Assembly: GCF_009914755.1 (NCBI RefSeq)
Contig: NC_060926.1
DNA length: 64,000 nt
DNA from: the human T2T-CHM13v2.0 reference genome, Homo sapiens
Strand: one strand, 5' to 3'
The position numbers were made by a program, and so were the translations under genes. This document shows, in pieces, positions 1 through 16,470 of this stretch. The first letter of the stretch is position 1. Each line of letters starts with the position of its first letter. Under the pieces are notes generated by a model. The model was not told where the DNA came from. It searched no databases and saw only the letters and a list, made by a program, of their open reading frames with translations.

Positions 1-240
1 ATTATAGCTAACTGCAACCTTGATGTCCTGGGCTCAAGTGTTCCTCTTATCTCAGCCTCCCAAGTAGCTGGGACTACAGGTGTGTACCACCACTCCTGGC
101 TAATTTATTTATTTATTTGTTGTAGAGATAGGGTCTTGCTATGTTGCCAAGGCTGATCTCAGACTCACAGCCTTAAGCGATCCTTCTGCCTTGACCTCCT
201 AAAGTACTTGGACTAGAAGCGTGAGCCACTGTGCCTGGAC
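1..240 (-). mobile_element. Alu (AluJ-like, cut by the window edge)
   Basis: Antisense Alu consensus motifs (CTCAGCCTCCCAAGTAGCTGGGACTACAGG). Confidence 0.85.
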
Positions 241-1639
241 TATAACATATATAATTTTATGTAGTAAGTTAAAAAATGTATAGTCATTATCGGTATAAAA
301 CATTGTATGTGCCTGGAGTCTAAATTCCTATAAAACATGTAAGGATTTAATATTACTCACTTACAGTTTTACACATTTTCCACCAGCTTGTTTTGGAAGT
401 AATTTACTCAATGGCTCATTTTCGTTTCATCTTCAGGAATGAGCAATTTGTAATTGACAAAGAAAAGCAATAAAAAAACCCATTAGCCTCTCTCAAACTA
501 CTGTGCATTACATGCATTTGCATTAACAAAGACAGATTTTTTGTACTCTGAAAAGTATCAAGTCTTTTTTTCTCCCCGTGCTGTGGCCTTACTTATTTCC
601 TAGGTAACAGGGTCCAGTCTTCTTCCCTTGAAATTTCCCTCCCCTGATGGGTCTGCCTTCTAGATAGTTCCTTTCTTTGTTTATGTGATTACTCTGAACT
701 TCCCACCCTTCTTTACTGCCTACCTGTCGAATGCTTTTTCTAATAGTTCTAGTCATCGATAATCATCCTTGGGTTTGACTCATAATGTGATTAATGAAAT
801 CTTTTTTTTGAACTACAAATGGGAAAATCATCATCTTTTTTCTTTGAACACTTAAATCACAATAGCATTATTTATTATAAAATCACTAATACTCTCTAAA
901 TGTCTTGCTGAAATAATTTAGTTCAGTAGTCCCTTTCCTTTCATGTGTATTTAGACTAGATTCCTTAAAGAAATCATAATTTCTTTTAGAAGAATACTTG
1001 TCACACACACCAAAAAACAACCCAAAGTGATTGTGTTGAGTGAAAAGAACAAGGTGAGAAATTGTGAATGTATTTAATAGTATTGCATCTTCATTCATTC
1101 TCTCAAAAGAATATTTGCTGAATATTTACTATGTGACAGTTACTGCCGTAGGAGCTGGTGATATGACAAGGAACATACAAGATGGGATCTTTGCCATCAA
1201 GTTGCACGCATGTATACGTACATGCATATGTGCATATGCATAGACATAGAGTAAAACATCAGTCTGCAACAAAACAGATTAAGAGGACAGAGAGTGTATA
1301 CTGGTTATTCTTCATCATCTATCTAGATCTATTCTCTGCTCTTTGCTGCTTGGCTCTTTGTGGCTCCTGTTTTCTATTGCTCATGAAGAGCGAATGCCCT
1401 GTTCTTTAGGAAAACATTGTTGGGCTTTTAGACGGTGGGCCAGGAGGGCAGATCCCATTCTCTGTTATGGGACATTTCATCAGAAGTGAGTGGAGACTTG
1501 GAACTAATGGGATTTTTGCAGATTACTGACAGTTCTGGGGACTCAACAAAGATGGCAGTGGTGTGGCATGGTCCACGTTCAGGAGAGGGGTGCCACCTTT
1601 TAAACAAAGGAAACAGTCAAGGGAAGCTGAGATTTATGT

Positions 1640-2933
1640 TCAGTATAGAAGGCTTTCTGAGGAGGTGCCATGCAAATTTCTGATTGAATTGAGAAAGCGA
1701 GTCATTCAAATATCTGAGTGAAGTGTTCCAGACAGAGAAAACCACAGTGCAAAGGAAAGTGAGGAGCAGCAAGAAAGCCAATGTGGCTGATGAAGTGACT
1801 GAGGGGGTAGTGATAGGAGCTGAGGGTGGAGAGGTAGCCAGAAGCTGGCTACATAGAGTTTTTTAGGCCATATTTTGAAGACTTTAACAAAAAATTATGA
1901 GTGAGGTTGGAAGGCATTCAAAGGTTTCAACTTTGCGATTTGAAAGTGACAAACTATGACTTACATTTTAAAAAGATAACTGATGACTGTGTGGCAAATA
2001 GACTGTCAAGGGCAGAAGTGAAAGCCAAGAGGCCTATGACACTAGAAGACTAGGTGACTCAGGACAGAAACTTGTACCGGGGTTGCAAGTAGTGAAGGTC
2101 GTGACTGGTCGGATTTAGGAAATATTTTGAAGGTAGAGCTTGCAGGACTTGGTGGATTGAATGTAGAATGTGAGAGAAAAGTGCGAAGTTCAGGATGGCT
2201 ATAATGATTTTGGCCTGAATAACTGGAAAAATGGAGTTGGTATTTATTGACATGGGGACAACTATGGGAAGAATTTGGGTGGGAAATGAAAGTCCCATTT
2301 TGGACATATTAAGTTTGAGTGCATTTCATATATTCAGTGCACATGGAGAATAGAGAGTTGAATATTTGAATCTGAAGTAAAATGGAGAGATTGGTGTTGA
2401 AGGTAAGATGTGAAGCTTGTTGCTGAATGTGGCATCTAAAGCCAATTGGGTTGGACGAGATCATTTATAGATGAGCACTGAGCAGGTGCTTTGCTGCATT
2501 CTGAGGATGGGAACAGGGCTTCATGGGCACAAGATCTTTGTAATCACGCAAGACCTCTTGCTCAGAAGGGCCCCATGCTTTGTTGAGTGCTCTGCTCTAT
2601 CTTGAAACTTTTAATAATTTTTGAATAAGAGCCCTGCATTTTCATTCTGCACTGCACCCTGCAAATTATGCAACGGGTTCTAGTTGGGAACATAAAGATC
2701 CAGCTAAAGAAAGAGCCAATGAAGTAGACCGAAAACCAAGCAAGTGTGAGGAGGTGTCATAAAAGCCAAGGGAGTAAATTGTGTGACATGGACAGCATGA
2801 CCCACAGACTCAAAAAGATGCTGCAAGGTCAAATTACCTCAGGACTGAACATCAACCATTGGATTTAGCAACTTGGGTGTGCTTGTTGCCCATGTTGGAG
2901 TGGGTTGAAGAGAGAAGAAAAGAAAAAATGTTG
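1640..2933 (-). mobile_element. Old LINE-2 fragment, with a MER91-like DNA element inserted at ~2515-2681; continues after the retrocopy at ~6975-7070 and ~7540-7920
   Basis: Purine-rich L2-like motifs (e.g. GGACATATTAAGTTTGAG, CCATTGGATTTAGCAAC). Similar sequence resumes right after the right-hand TSD. Confidence 0.6.
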
Positions 2934-3413
2934 AATGTGAACAACTTTTTTTTTTTTTTTTACAATGGCCCTGCCTCCCACAGCTTTCTTTCTTTCAGTT
3001 TTAGATGCAAAACAAAAAAATTTAAAGGAAAATGTGACTTCAAAGGAAAGGAACAAATTTCCAAAGACTTGGGGGAGGGAATGCAGAGCCTGGTGTGGAT
3101 GGACAAGGTCTGCAGACGGAGGGCAGAGGTGGTGGAAGGGGCCAGGGACCTGCAGGCCTCCCCCTGGAACTGGGACTGGTCTCCGTCTGCTAACGTCAAG
3201 GTCAGCTCCCCCGTGGAGCTGACTTCAACAGCCATGCCAGCCCAGCCTAGCTCTCAGTAGGTTTGGCCGTTCATGCTGAAAAATAAATATTAAAGCCTGT
3301 CCCCTGTCTATTGCCTCCCCCAACTGCATAGACGCCAGCCTCTAGGCCTGAGAGGTGGAAACACTGGCCACCAGCCCGGCAGCCCCTACAGGCCCCCCAG
3401 ATAGGCTGCCTCA

Positions 3414-5351
<1,938 letters not shown>

Positions 5352-5479
5352 TCACTGAAGTTTAGCTGGCTCTGGTCATTCTCCTGCAGGAACTTGTAGA
5401 ACTCGGGGTCTCTGTCCTTCAGCCGAGAGAGCTGATCTTTGTGCTCAGAGGCACAGCCTTTACGCCGGCTGGCCAAGGA

Positions 5480-6480
5480 GCTCCCGCCCGGCTCATCCGG
5501 ACTCCGGGCAGCCTCGCGTGCCTCCCGCGTCTCCGCTTCTGGAGAGTATTCGGACTTAGAGTCAAAGCCCGAAGCTAGGAACTCGTCCACCGTCAGCTCC
5601 GCCAGGCGCCTCCTGCGGCGCCGCGCTCCTGCCATGATACCAGCCTGCAGCTTGCGGCCCACTTCCGGCCCCAGAATGCCGCGCGGCTGCACACTTCCGT
5701 CGCCCAGGCCCCGCCCCGTTCCCCGCCCCGCCGCGCCATGCCCAGCCGAGTAGCTTTACGGTTCTCCCACCGCAGCGCCCGTGGCCTCCGGGCGGGATGG
5801 CGCGTTCGCGTGCTCGGTGCGGGCAGCCCCGGTGGGGCCCAGATGCGCCTCCCGCTCGGCGCCTGGCTTCGTAGGACGCGGCGACGCCGGTGTCCGTCCT
5901 GGGGAAGAGAAACCAGGAGTCCCGCCGCGCCCGCAGCCCACCCGGCGTTCCGAGGGCAAGCGCCTGCGAGGATGCCAGGCTGCGATGGCGGGGCCCCTAT
6001 GCAAAGAGCTCCCACAAATCAACAATAAAAAGCAGAGGGTCCAGTAGAAAGCGCGAATGGCGGTGGGAACCGCACTGATGTTGCCAGCTCGACAGAAGAC
6101 GGGCGACCCGAGAGCCAGGCTGGCTTTGCCTCCGATCCGCAGAGACCAGGCCAGCGCCACGAACACCACGCAGGGCGCTCCCCGTCCATGGCCCTCTGGG
6201 TGCGGACGGCGGCTCTTCCGCGGCCCTTCCCGGGGACGCCGCATGGGGCGAATGCGGTGGGGAGGCCAGCGCCTTCCTTCCTGCTACCAGCCTGACACCC
6301 GGGCCCCCGGGCCTGGACAGCCAGACCCCGCGACAGGGTCGCCCCGGGGCGCAGGCGTGGATCCCCCAGACCTGGCGCTGAAGGGGCACGTGAGGCGGAC
6401 GCAGGCAGAGTGGCCTCAGGGTCCCATTCGGCCTCTTGGTGCTGCGGTGCCCCGTGGCTCCCCAGAGGAGAGCAAGTTAG
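5480..6480. promoter_or_regulatory. CpG island / promoter-like segment inside the NOC2L retrocopy
   Basis: Very high GC and CpG density. ETS-type ACTTCCG motifs at ~5661 and ~5693. GC boxes CCCCGCCCC at ~5709 and ~5721, just upstream of the minus-strand ATG. Confidence 0.75.
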
Positions 6481-6500
6481 GGGGTCGGGGGAGCGGGGAT

Positions 6501-6880
6501 GGCTTCCGGGGGAGGAGGAGGGCGAGGCCTAGGGGGCTTCTCGGAGGAGGAGGAGGGCGAGGCTTAGGGGGCTTCCCGGGGGAGGAGGAGGGCGAGGCCT
6601 GGGGGGCTTCTCGGAGGAGGAGGAGGGCGAGGCCTGGGGGGGCTTCCTGGAGGAGGAGGAAGGCGAGGCCTAGGTGGGGCTTCTCAGAGGAGAACGGCAA
6701 AGGCCTGGGGGGCTTCCCGGAGGAGAAGGCGAGGCCTAGGGGGGCTTCCCGGAGGAGGAGGAGGGCTAGGCCTGAGGGGGGAGCTTCCCGGAGGAGGAGG
6801 AGGGCTAGGCCTGGGGGCGGGGCTTCCCAGAGGAAGAGGATGGCGGGGCCAGGGGGGCTTCTCGGAGGAGGAGGCAGACC
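6501..6880. repeat. G-rich minisatellite, about 11 imperfect copies of a ~35-bp unit (GGGGGCTTCYCGGAGGAGGAGGAGGGCGAGGCCT)
   Basis: Tandem units are directly visible in the sequence. Confidence 0.9.
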
Positions 6881-8647
6881 CGGGGCGCAGCGCTGGAAGG
6901 ATCCGCGTCCAAGGTCTAGTCCCCGAAGCCTGTCGGGAGGCCGGGCGGGCGGTGCCGAGCCAATGTGAACAACTCTTGCAGTCACTTTTCTTGGAAATGG
7001 GAAGCTTAAAATTGGGTAGGAGCTGAGAAAGATACAGGTTCAAGAGAGGGCTTTTTTAAGATGGAGGTATGTGTTATAAATGAGGGATTAAGTACCCCTT
7101 GTGGAGTCCTTAAGGAACCTTCCAATAGGCTGTGGAGATGACACTGGGAAGGCATATGAATAAAGGATTTACTGTACTCACAGATTCCAAAGAGGGAGGC
7201 ACGACATACCTTGTGGGGATCACCTGGGCAGAGCACCAACAAAGCGGGCTCAGCCAAGCAGGTGGGGAGCCAAGGGCAAACAGGTTCCTGTGGACAGTTG
7301 CCCTTATTGGGCATCAGGGTGGGGTTCACCAGCAAAGGCAGGAGGGGATATCATGGGTGTGCTTAAATGTCACTAGGCCATGGTCGGGAGAGTAAGAAGG
7401 GGGACTTGTGACAGGGACCAGCCTTGTCACATTGGTGTACCTGGTCATCTGGGAAAGGTGCCCACAGCTTGTTTGTGGAGATACTGAGGAATCAGGAAAA
7501 TGGGAAGTTTTTAGAGGTTGCAATTCAAGATGTTATGGTACATCATTTTTCTTGGCAATGACTCATTAAAAAAGAAGAAAAAACTAATGAGGCAGGAATG
7601 GAAATAATTCCAGGAGCAAAGTCCTTTAGGAGGAGTGGGGAACAGGATCCAGTGCAAAGTGGGGGGTTGGCCCTAGGAGCCAGGGAAAGCCGAGTGCATG
7701 GAGACAGATGTCTGTGCCTGCTGCATTTTGTAGAATGATCCATTCTGATTTCTCCTGTATCAAAATTGAAGCCTTCAGCTGAGAGTGAGAAGCAGAGAGG
7801 AAATGTTGAGGTTTGAAGAAGAGAAGAATACGGAACGGTCATCTAGGAGGATGGGCAAGCAAGGAGACCAGAACTGGCAGGCAGCGCAAGGGCTGCTGAA
7901 CAGCCCGAGCAGTGAAGTGGCTGAAATAGGAACATCAGGTGTCTCTGGTGATTATTTCTTTTTTGTAGTTTTCTGATTTTCCAGATGTTCCCTAATAGGC
8001 ATATCTTACTTCCACAGTTATCCTTTTTTAGACTGTTACAGAGGGGTGAAAAATAGAACATATAATGTAGGAGAGAGGACTTAGGATTTGGGGAGGTGAG
8101 TGGGGAAACAGAAAGAGATAGAAGACCTCATTCTGTTTGCCTGTAAAAACAATGCCTGCAATAGATGAAAAGTCCAGTTTTCTGCAGACATGTACAAAAT
8201 GTTTTTGACCTTTTATTCAGGCCAACAGATTTACTCCATTTCTAGGTCTGAGCCACCAATTGGGTTTCTTCGTTGAGTCTGAGTGTTTGATAGGCCAAGT
8301 GGTGGAAACTGTTCCCAAGTTCTGAAACTAGGGGAGCCTCCATTCTGGGCTCTGCAGTGGTGAGGTGCACTCTCATCCCTGCCACATTTTAGTGGGAAGC
8401 CTGGTGAGGCTCATTCAGGGACTATGAAAACATCTCTTACACCAGAACCTCACTAATCTTGTAAAGTTTGCTTATTTGTTAAAATGATTAAAAGTAAACA
8501 TTAGAAGTTGAGGTCCTTGATATCTGTTTTCAGAGTGTCTTAGCCACTCTCTATTTGTCTTAATAGATTTGCCTGATTTTTTTTAAAATTTCAAATCAAG
8601 GTCACTGTTGTGAAAGGGAATTTCAGAGATAATACATTGTTATGAAG

Positions 8648-8990
<343 letters not shown>

Positions 8991-9367
8991 TTACCATCTT
9001 TCTGTTGAAATCTTTACTGAAATTATAAATCTCAGCTTTCAGAAGAAGATGTGGTAATTAAATCGTATGACTGTTAAAACATACGGAGCTCAGCTGTGTG
9101 GACGCAGAGTAACTCTGCGTGGGGTGTGAGGTAGGGTGTGTGTTTAGAACTCTGCAAGTTGAAGATTTCAGAGACAAGGGCAGCTGCAGAAGTCCTGAGT
9201 TTTACACTAGGACAAAAGAGAATAGATTTTTCTCTTATGGTGGAAAGAACATTTAACCCCGCAATATGTATTTAGATGATGTCATACTTTCTTCTTGAAA
9301 TATACAAACCCTTTGATGAATTTCTTTCATCTTTAAACTCTTTCATAATGAATCTCTTAAATAATAA

Positions 9368-9713
<346 letters not shown>

Positions 9714-9982
9714 GTAAATTCTTAAAAAGACAGCATATTTATTAAGTTCATGTGTTATTGCTATTGGAAACAAAGACACAGTAGATAAGGAGTATTGCAT
9801 GAGCACTGGATCTGAGTTGAAAACTATGGAAGACACTAACAGAACTATCTTCAAGTCCGTTAAAGGGAATTATTTGCAGCCAGGCATTTTTTTCCCTGAA
9901 GTAATATCTATGACTTCTTAGTAGATGTTCTGAAGTGGCAAGGTAGGAACTTCAGTTATTGTAGGTGAAAACCTCAAGCTAT

Positions 9983-10146
9983 GGCTGGGCATGGTGGCAC
10001 ATGCCTGTAGCCTGTACTCAGGAGGCTGAGGCGGGAGGATCTCTTGAGTTGAGGAGTTTGACGCTATAGTGCACTATGATCACTCCTGTGAATGGCTGTG
10101 GCACTCCAGCCCGGGCAACATAGTGAGACCCCATCTCTAAAAAAAA
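9983..10146 (+). mobile_element. Alu monomer (FLAM/FAM-like)
   Basis: Single Alu/7SL-like arm with an A tail. Confidence 0.75.
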
Positions 10147-11179
10147 TTGAAAATTAAAAAAACTTTCAGATATGCTTAGAAGCAGATTTTTCAAATCCCA
10201 TGGGGAAGGGCTTTAAGAAGAGTATGATCAGTAACCAGCGAAACAATGATTAAAGCATTGTCTTTAGAAGATGATGAACTAAAGGAATCTAAATCTTATT
10301 GCCTGAAACTCTTTGCAGTCAGGCAGCTTAATTGGGTGTCTTTGAGAAAATTATTGTCTCATTTATCATATTTGTGCAATGAAAATAATACCTACATTGT
10401 ACGCTTGTGGAATTTAAATAACAAAATATTTTATGTATCTACATATCTCCTGGATATAGTACAAGTTTAAAACATTGTAGTTTATCATCAGTTTCCTGAG
10501 AGATGGCACCAATGGCAAAACGGTCACCAAAGCTATTCCTTTAGAATTAGAGGACAGTCCCCACTTCATGGACAACATGTGAGTCTAAGCACCCATAGCG
10601 TCCATCAGCCTGTCCTCTCTCCTTTTTTAAAGAGCAAAACAGGAATTCTGTTGTGATTGAAGGACTTTCTGTCTGTCCCTGGAATCCTAGATGCTTTGAG
10701 ATAACTGCATAGAAGTTGCAGACTTTTTTCAAACACTGATGGAATGAAATACTGTCATTGCCTCTCTTTTTTCATAGCTAGCATAGAAGACTGATCTTTT
10801 TGGGGGGGATTGGGTGGGTGGCAACCTCATCCAAGGAGGGGCTACATAAGTCGTAGAAGACCTTGCCAATCCAGGTAGGTTGTAACTTTAGGCTCTGTAT
10901 GGCTGGTCAGGGAGTCAGTCTCTGGCTTGACTCTGACCTTCCAGGAGCCTGGCAGTTGAAGAGGATCTCAGGGTGATCAGATAGAGAACTGCAGAAGGTG
11001 AGAGTCAAGTTAGCCTCTTCCAGACTTATTACAGTCCCCTAAAGCATTAATGACCTTTTTGCCTAAAGCCGATACATGGACATTTTTAGTTCATTGACCT
11101 TCAAATAATTGCAGCTGTTTGGAAAGCTATTGGTCATAGAAACTGGTAGTACTTCCAAACTTTTCAGTGATGTTTATCA

Positions 11180-11474
<295 letters not shown>

Positions 11475-13154
11475 TGATGTTTATCATCTTAATAGCATCT
11501 GTCCTTTAACCCTGCACACACACTCCAAAAAAGTTAACTAAAAGAGACAATGATTAATTTTATATTCTGATGTTTTCTTATGAACACATTTGTGGCCACT
11601 TTAGTGTCCAGCAAAGCATTTCTTTGGCGAGTGATTTAAGGAGGGGTGGAAAGTGGAATGGAAGAAGTCTCTGGAAAGTCTTTAACACTGAGACGTATTT
11701 TCTCCCTGTTTGACTCCAAGGAATTTCCACTCATGGAATCTGGCCTATTAGAAAGAACTTTTTCCTTTTGTACTTGATTCAACTTAATAAATTATGTTAA
11801 CCAGCTATGGTGAATGATGAGCATTCCTCAAACCACAGAACAATAGGCTTCATCGTTGAAGCTCTAAAAGAGCAGGGATCTATCTGTTCCAATTCTCTTC
11901 TGCTGGGCACCATCTTCTAGCTCTGCTGCAGTCTCTCATTCATAATTCTTCCCCTAGACCAAGTTCTTCTTTTTTACTGACCTCTAGGACACCTGGCATG
12001 CATTCCTCTTCTGACTGCCTTTGTTGGCCTGAATGCTGAAATAACATCACTGAACTAACATCTCCTAAAGAAGACATTTGTCATCAGAGGCAAATCCTCA
12101 GTGAGGATTAACCTGTCTTTAAAAGATCATGAGTAACCGGCATATGAGATGGCATGAGACTAAGAAGTGTTCCTTTGAGGCAGACCCGCAATGGTCTGTG
12201 TGCTTGCCTCTCCGGTCATATCACCAATTATCAAATCTTGGTGCACCATCGCATCCCATTTGTCACACATCTGATTTTTCTTAAATAATTATACTGTTCC
12301 TTTGTGAGGATTAACCCGTCTTTAAAAGATCATGCGTAAATCAGCACAATCTGAAAGATTCAGAGCTTTTTTACCTTTCTCTCTGCTAGGCACAATGATT
12401 ACCATCTCCAGCCTTATTCTTCACAGCCACTCAATCGTGGTCCTTGCAGTTTTGCTTCACTCCACATACACCATTTCATTTCCCTTCCCACAGTCACTTC
12501 CTAGAACAGATACAGAGGGAGGCCCTGCTTTGCATGCTAATGAGGGACCACAGAAATGACTGCAAACAGAAAATGGAACGCGATCTCGTGCATCAAAGGG
12601 GAATGTTCTGACTGTTCTGTGACTTTTAAAAATATGTTGTCAAAACATTAAAAACTATTGTAGGTTATAAATGCACAGGAACATTTTCAAAAATACTAAA
12701 ACTAATATTTAGTATAGTGTAATTTAAAACATCAGAAACACGAATCAATATTTTATTTCTTTGTAAAAATCTTAATGGAGTATAGTTTGAATGAAGCTGG
12801 CCCTCCTCTTCTTGTAGTACTTACAGTGCAGAGTGAGCTATACCTTGACAAACTGTCATTCTCCTAAGTTTGAATCAGCTTCCAACTATTTATTGTTTGT
12901 GCTTTCAATGTCATGAAATACCTCTGATAATTCCTTTAATGTGAGTTTTGTTTGTTTTGTTTTGTTTTGTTTTGCCATGTCACTTTCTTGGGACATCTTT
13001 ATCCTAAAATGAATGAACACATCTATTTTCATTTATGTTGTTAAGTCTGCCTTCCCTAAGTTCCTCTGGAATGCCTCAAACAGTGGCAAATTACCTCCAA
13101 TAGCTATTTCTTCCATAACTCCATTTACACTCAATTTGAATTTCACTTTCAGAG

Positions 13155-13660
13155 TATATTAGTCAGCGTTCTCCAGAAAACAGTATATGCACACACAGAG
13201 GCATAAATATTTATTTCATCTTATATATATGAAGATTTTTAAGATATATAAAGATTTATATAGGTATACATGAAGATTTATTTTATTATGGAAATTGGCT
13301 TACACAATTAGAGAGGCTGAGAAGTTCCACCATCTGCATTCTGGAGAACCAAGAAAACCAGTGGAATAATTCAGTCCAAAGTCCAAGTCCAAGGCTGGAG
13401 AACCACAGTGCCAGTGTCCAAGTTCTGGAGAAGATGGATGTCCCAGCTCAAACAGGGGGAGTACATTTGCCCTTCCTCCACCTTCTTGTTCTATCAGATG
13501 ATGCCCACATTGGTGAGGGTGATCTGATCTTTACTCAGTCTACTCATTTACATGGTAATGTCTTCTGCAAACACCCTCACAGACACACCAGAACTAATGT
13601 TTTACCAGCTGTCTGGACATCCCTTAGCTTAGCCAAGTTAATGCATAAAATTAACTAGCA
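13155..13660 (-). mobile_element. MLT2-like ERVL solo LTR
   Basis: Start TATTAGTCAGCGTTCTCCAGA, internal GCTGAGAAGTTCCAC and end CATAAAATTAACTAGCA are typical of MLT2. Confidence 0.7.
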
Positions 13661-13842
13661 TTCAGAGTTCTCTATTTTTGTTTATTTGCTGTGCTTTTAT
13701 CTTTCTGACACTTCACTGTTGGCCAGTTTTCTCTTTTGATTAGCCATTTTTGAAAATGTTATGCAGGTTTATCACTGGAAGAAAAGGAAAAAACACAGCT
13801 TCATGGTTTGCTGCCAGTGTGTGAATTGAATAAAAGATGTGG

Positions 13843-14196
<354 letters not shown>

Positions 14197-15099
14197 TCAC
14201 TGATCATAATGCGCCTCTGGTATACATGCAGCAATTTATGGGTTGAAGGTCTAGCAGTGAAGTTTCTCCTTTATGCAATTATTCACAGTTAATAGACCAT
14301 AGCAACTGATACCAGAACTGTGTTGTTGGGGGACTGGTGTCATTGGACTAAACTGTGGTAACTGAAATCTGCGTAATATTGGAGCTGTGCTAAGCAAGGA
14401 TGGACTGGTTATTACTAGGACAACTTTCTGGCTTCTCTTTTTATTTTTAGTGCATCTAATTCATCTGACATTTAATCGATCCAGATTTTCTTCCAGGATG
14501 ACTAATACCTTAGTCATCTAACCACTCAAGGACCTCACAATATCTTACATGTAGTTTTCACCTAAACTAGGGTATAACAATTATAACCATCTTCCTGGTC
14601 ATCCTCAGCATGTATACTGCAGTTATATCCTAAGATTTCATCTCTATTAAGCTCCAGGGAGTAATAGGTGTTCTTTAGCCCTCTGCAGGATTAGAGAATT
14701 GAGGCTGCTTTGTTACTGTTGTTGTTCACAATAAACTTCCATAGGAAGTGAGTTACAAGACTCTAGACCTTTGTTAATCCTGAACTTTCTGGGCATCTTG
14801 TCTGAGTGATATATCTTCAGTAAAGTGTATCCTAAGAGCTGTCCTTTCTGTTTCCTTGGCCTTCTTCACAAGCCTGCTCTCCAAATACCCCCACTCTGGG
14901 AGACTGACTAGCTCCCAAGTTGGAACACAGAGTTCTCAAGCTTGTTGCTTTGTAGGTGACACCAACAGAGGAACTTCTGCCTGATGTTCTATCTGCTAAC
15001 TCCCAAATTAGAGTCTGGAAAGAGTAATCTTGCCTTGCTTATTTAGTCAAGGATACCTCTCTTCTTAGTACTGCTATAGAGGGATGTAAATGCCTCTTC

Positions 15100-15739
15100 T
15101 TCACAGTTGACTTCGGTAGCTGGGAAATACGACAATATCTCTAAATTTTTATTTGTATGTAACACAAAACTCCCGCAAAAGAATAAGAGATAAACAGGCA
15201 GAGGCTGTTCTGCCTTTTTATTCTGAGCCCCCAAAGAAAAACCTGTAGTGTCATGCTGGGCAGAATTTTGTAACTATTTTGACCAATAGAGTATAATGGA
15301 AGTAATGCCATGGTGCCCTCCAAGCTAGATGGTAAGAACACCTTGCACTTCTGCCTTGCCTACTTAGGACATTTGTTCTTAGAACCCATCTGCTGTACAT
15401 GCTGTGAGGAGGACAGAATAACCCGTGTGCAGAGGCTGTGCAGAGGCACTTTGGCCAGTAGTCCATCTGAGGTCCCAGCCAATAATCAGCATCAACTACC
15501 AGGTATGTGAATGAAGATACACACAGGTGATTCCTGTTCCCAGCTGCTGTCACACCTAAACTTTGAGTCTTCCAAGCAAATGCCCCAGATGTGACATAGC
15601 AGACATATAAGCAGTCTGCCCTGTGTCCAGACTAAACTCCTGACCCATAAAATCTGGGAATACAAATGTTGTTATTTTAATACAATTGTATGGCACTGAG
15701 ATTGGGGTGGTTTGTTATGCAGCAATTATAACTGGAACA
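15100..15739 (+). mobile_element. MLT1-like MaLR LTR
   Basis: Motifs TTTGACCAATAGA and the terminal GGTGGTTTGTTATGCAGCAAT...AACTGGAACA. Confidence 0.6.
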
Positions 15740-16179
15740 AGAACACTTGACCCTGTAAGACACTTGAAATTATATGAGTTATGACATCAGTAAAGTATCT
15801 TTTCTTATCTACACTTTCTATCGTAACCACAATGCATATGGATAATTTGTGAAGTGAATAAGGACATGGTGAAGGACTGATTCCAAGTGGCTGGGAGAGG
15901 GAAGGGTGTGCTGCATGAATTTCATGTTCTTAGATACTAGTGAGAAGAGGCTGTAACACATTAATCACTCCCCTTCTCTCACTCATACAATGGTAGCACT
16001 AGTAGCACATTATCTTTTCTTGTGAAAGTGTTGCATTAAGAAATTTCTTTTGGAGTAGCCCCCAAACTGTAACAGAATGTGACGTGATAATTTCCCACCG
16101 TCTTCAAGTACTGCCAAGATGTAGAAGTCTCCTTATTCCTTGTAGACAAATGGTTGCTCCTTGGAGGGGCCTATTTGAA

Positions 16180-16470
16180 TTTTTTTTGTTTTGTTGGTCT
16201 TTTTTTTTTTTTTTTTTGAGACAGGGTCTCACTCTGTTGCCCAGGCTGTAGTGCAGTGATGCAACCACAGCTCACTGATGCCTCGGCCTTCCAGGCTCAG
16301 ATCCTCCCACCTCAGCCTCCTGGGTAGCTGGGAATACAGGCATGCACCACAAAGTCTGGCTAATTTTTTGTAGTTTTTCATAGAGATGAGGTTTCCCCAT
16401 GTTGCCCAGGCTGGTCTCGAACTCCTGGGCTCAAGCTGTCCACCCACTTCAGCCTCCCAAAGTGAGCCAC
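16180..16470 (-). mobile_element. Alu (AluJ-like)
   Basis: Antisense Alu consensus. Confidence 0.85.

Noticed and set aside
6501-6880. CRISPR-like array
   Set aside because: The units are head-to-tail with no unique spacers, and the context is eukaryotic with no cas genes.
6057-6968. 303-aa Arg/Gly-rich ORF and overlapping Pro/Leu-rich antisense ORFs
   Set aside because: Explained by the stop-poor GC-rich island and VNTR. No recognisable domain.
7071-7535. Possible old LTR interrupting the L2 fragment
   Set aside because: It looks LTR-like (TG start, internal AATAAA), but I cannot assign a family or boundaries without RepeatMasker.
12310-12340. Resemblance of TTAACCC...AAAGATCATGCGTAAA to a piggyBac terminal sequence
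   Set aside because: The match is short and gapped, and the two copies are direct rather than inverted. No second terminus or transposase was seen.
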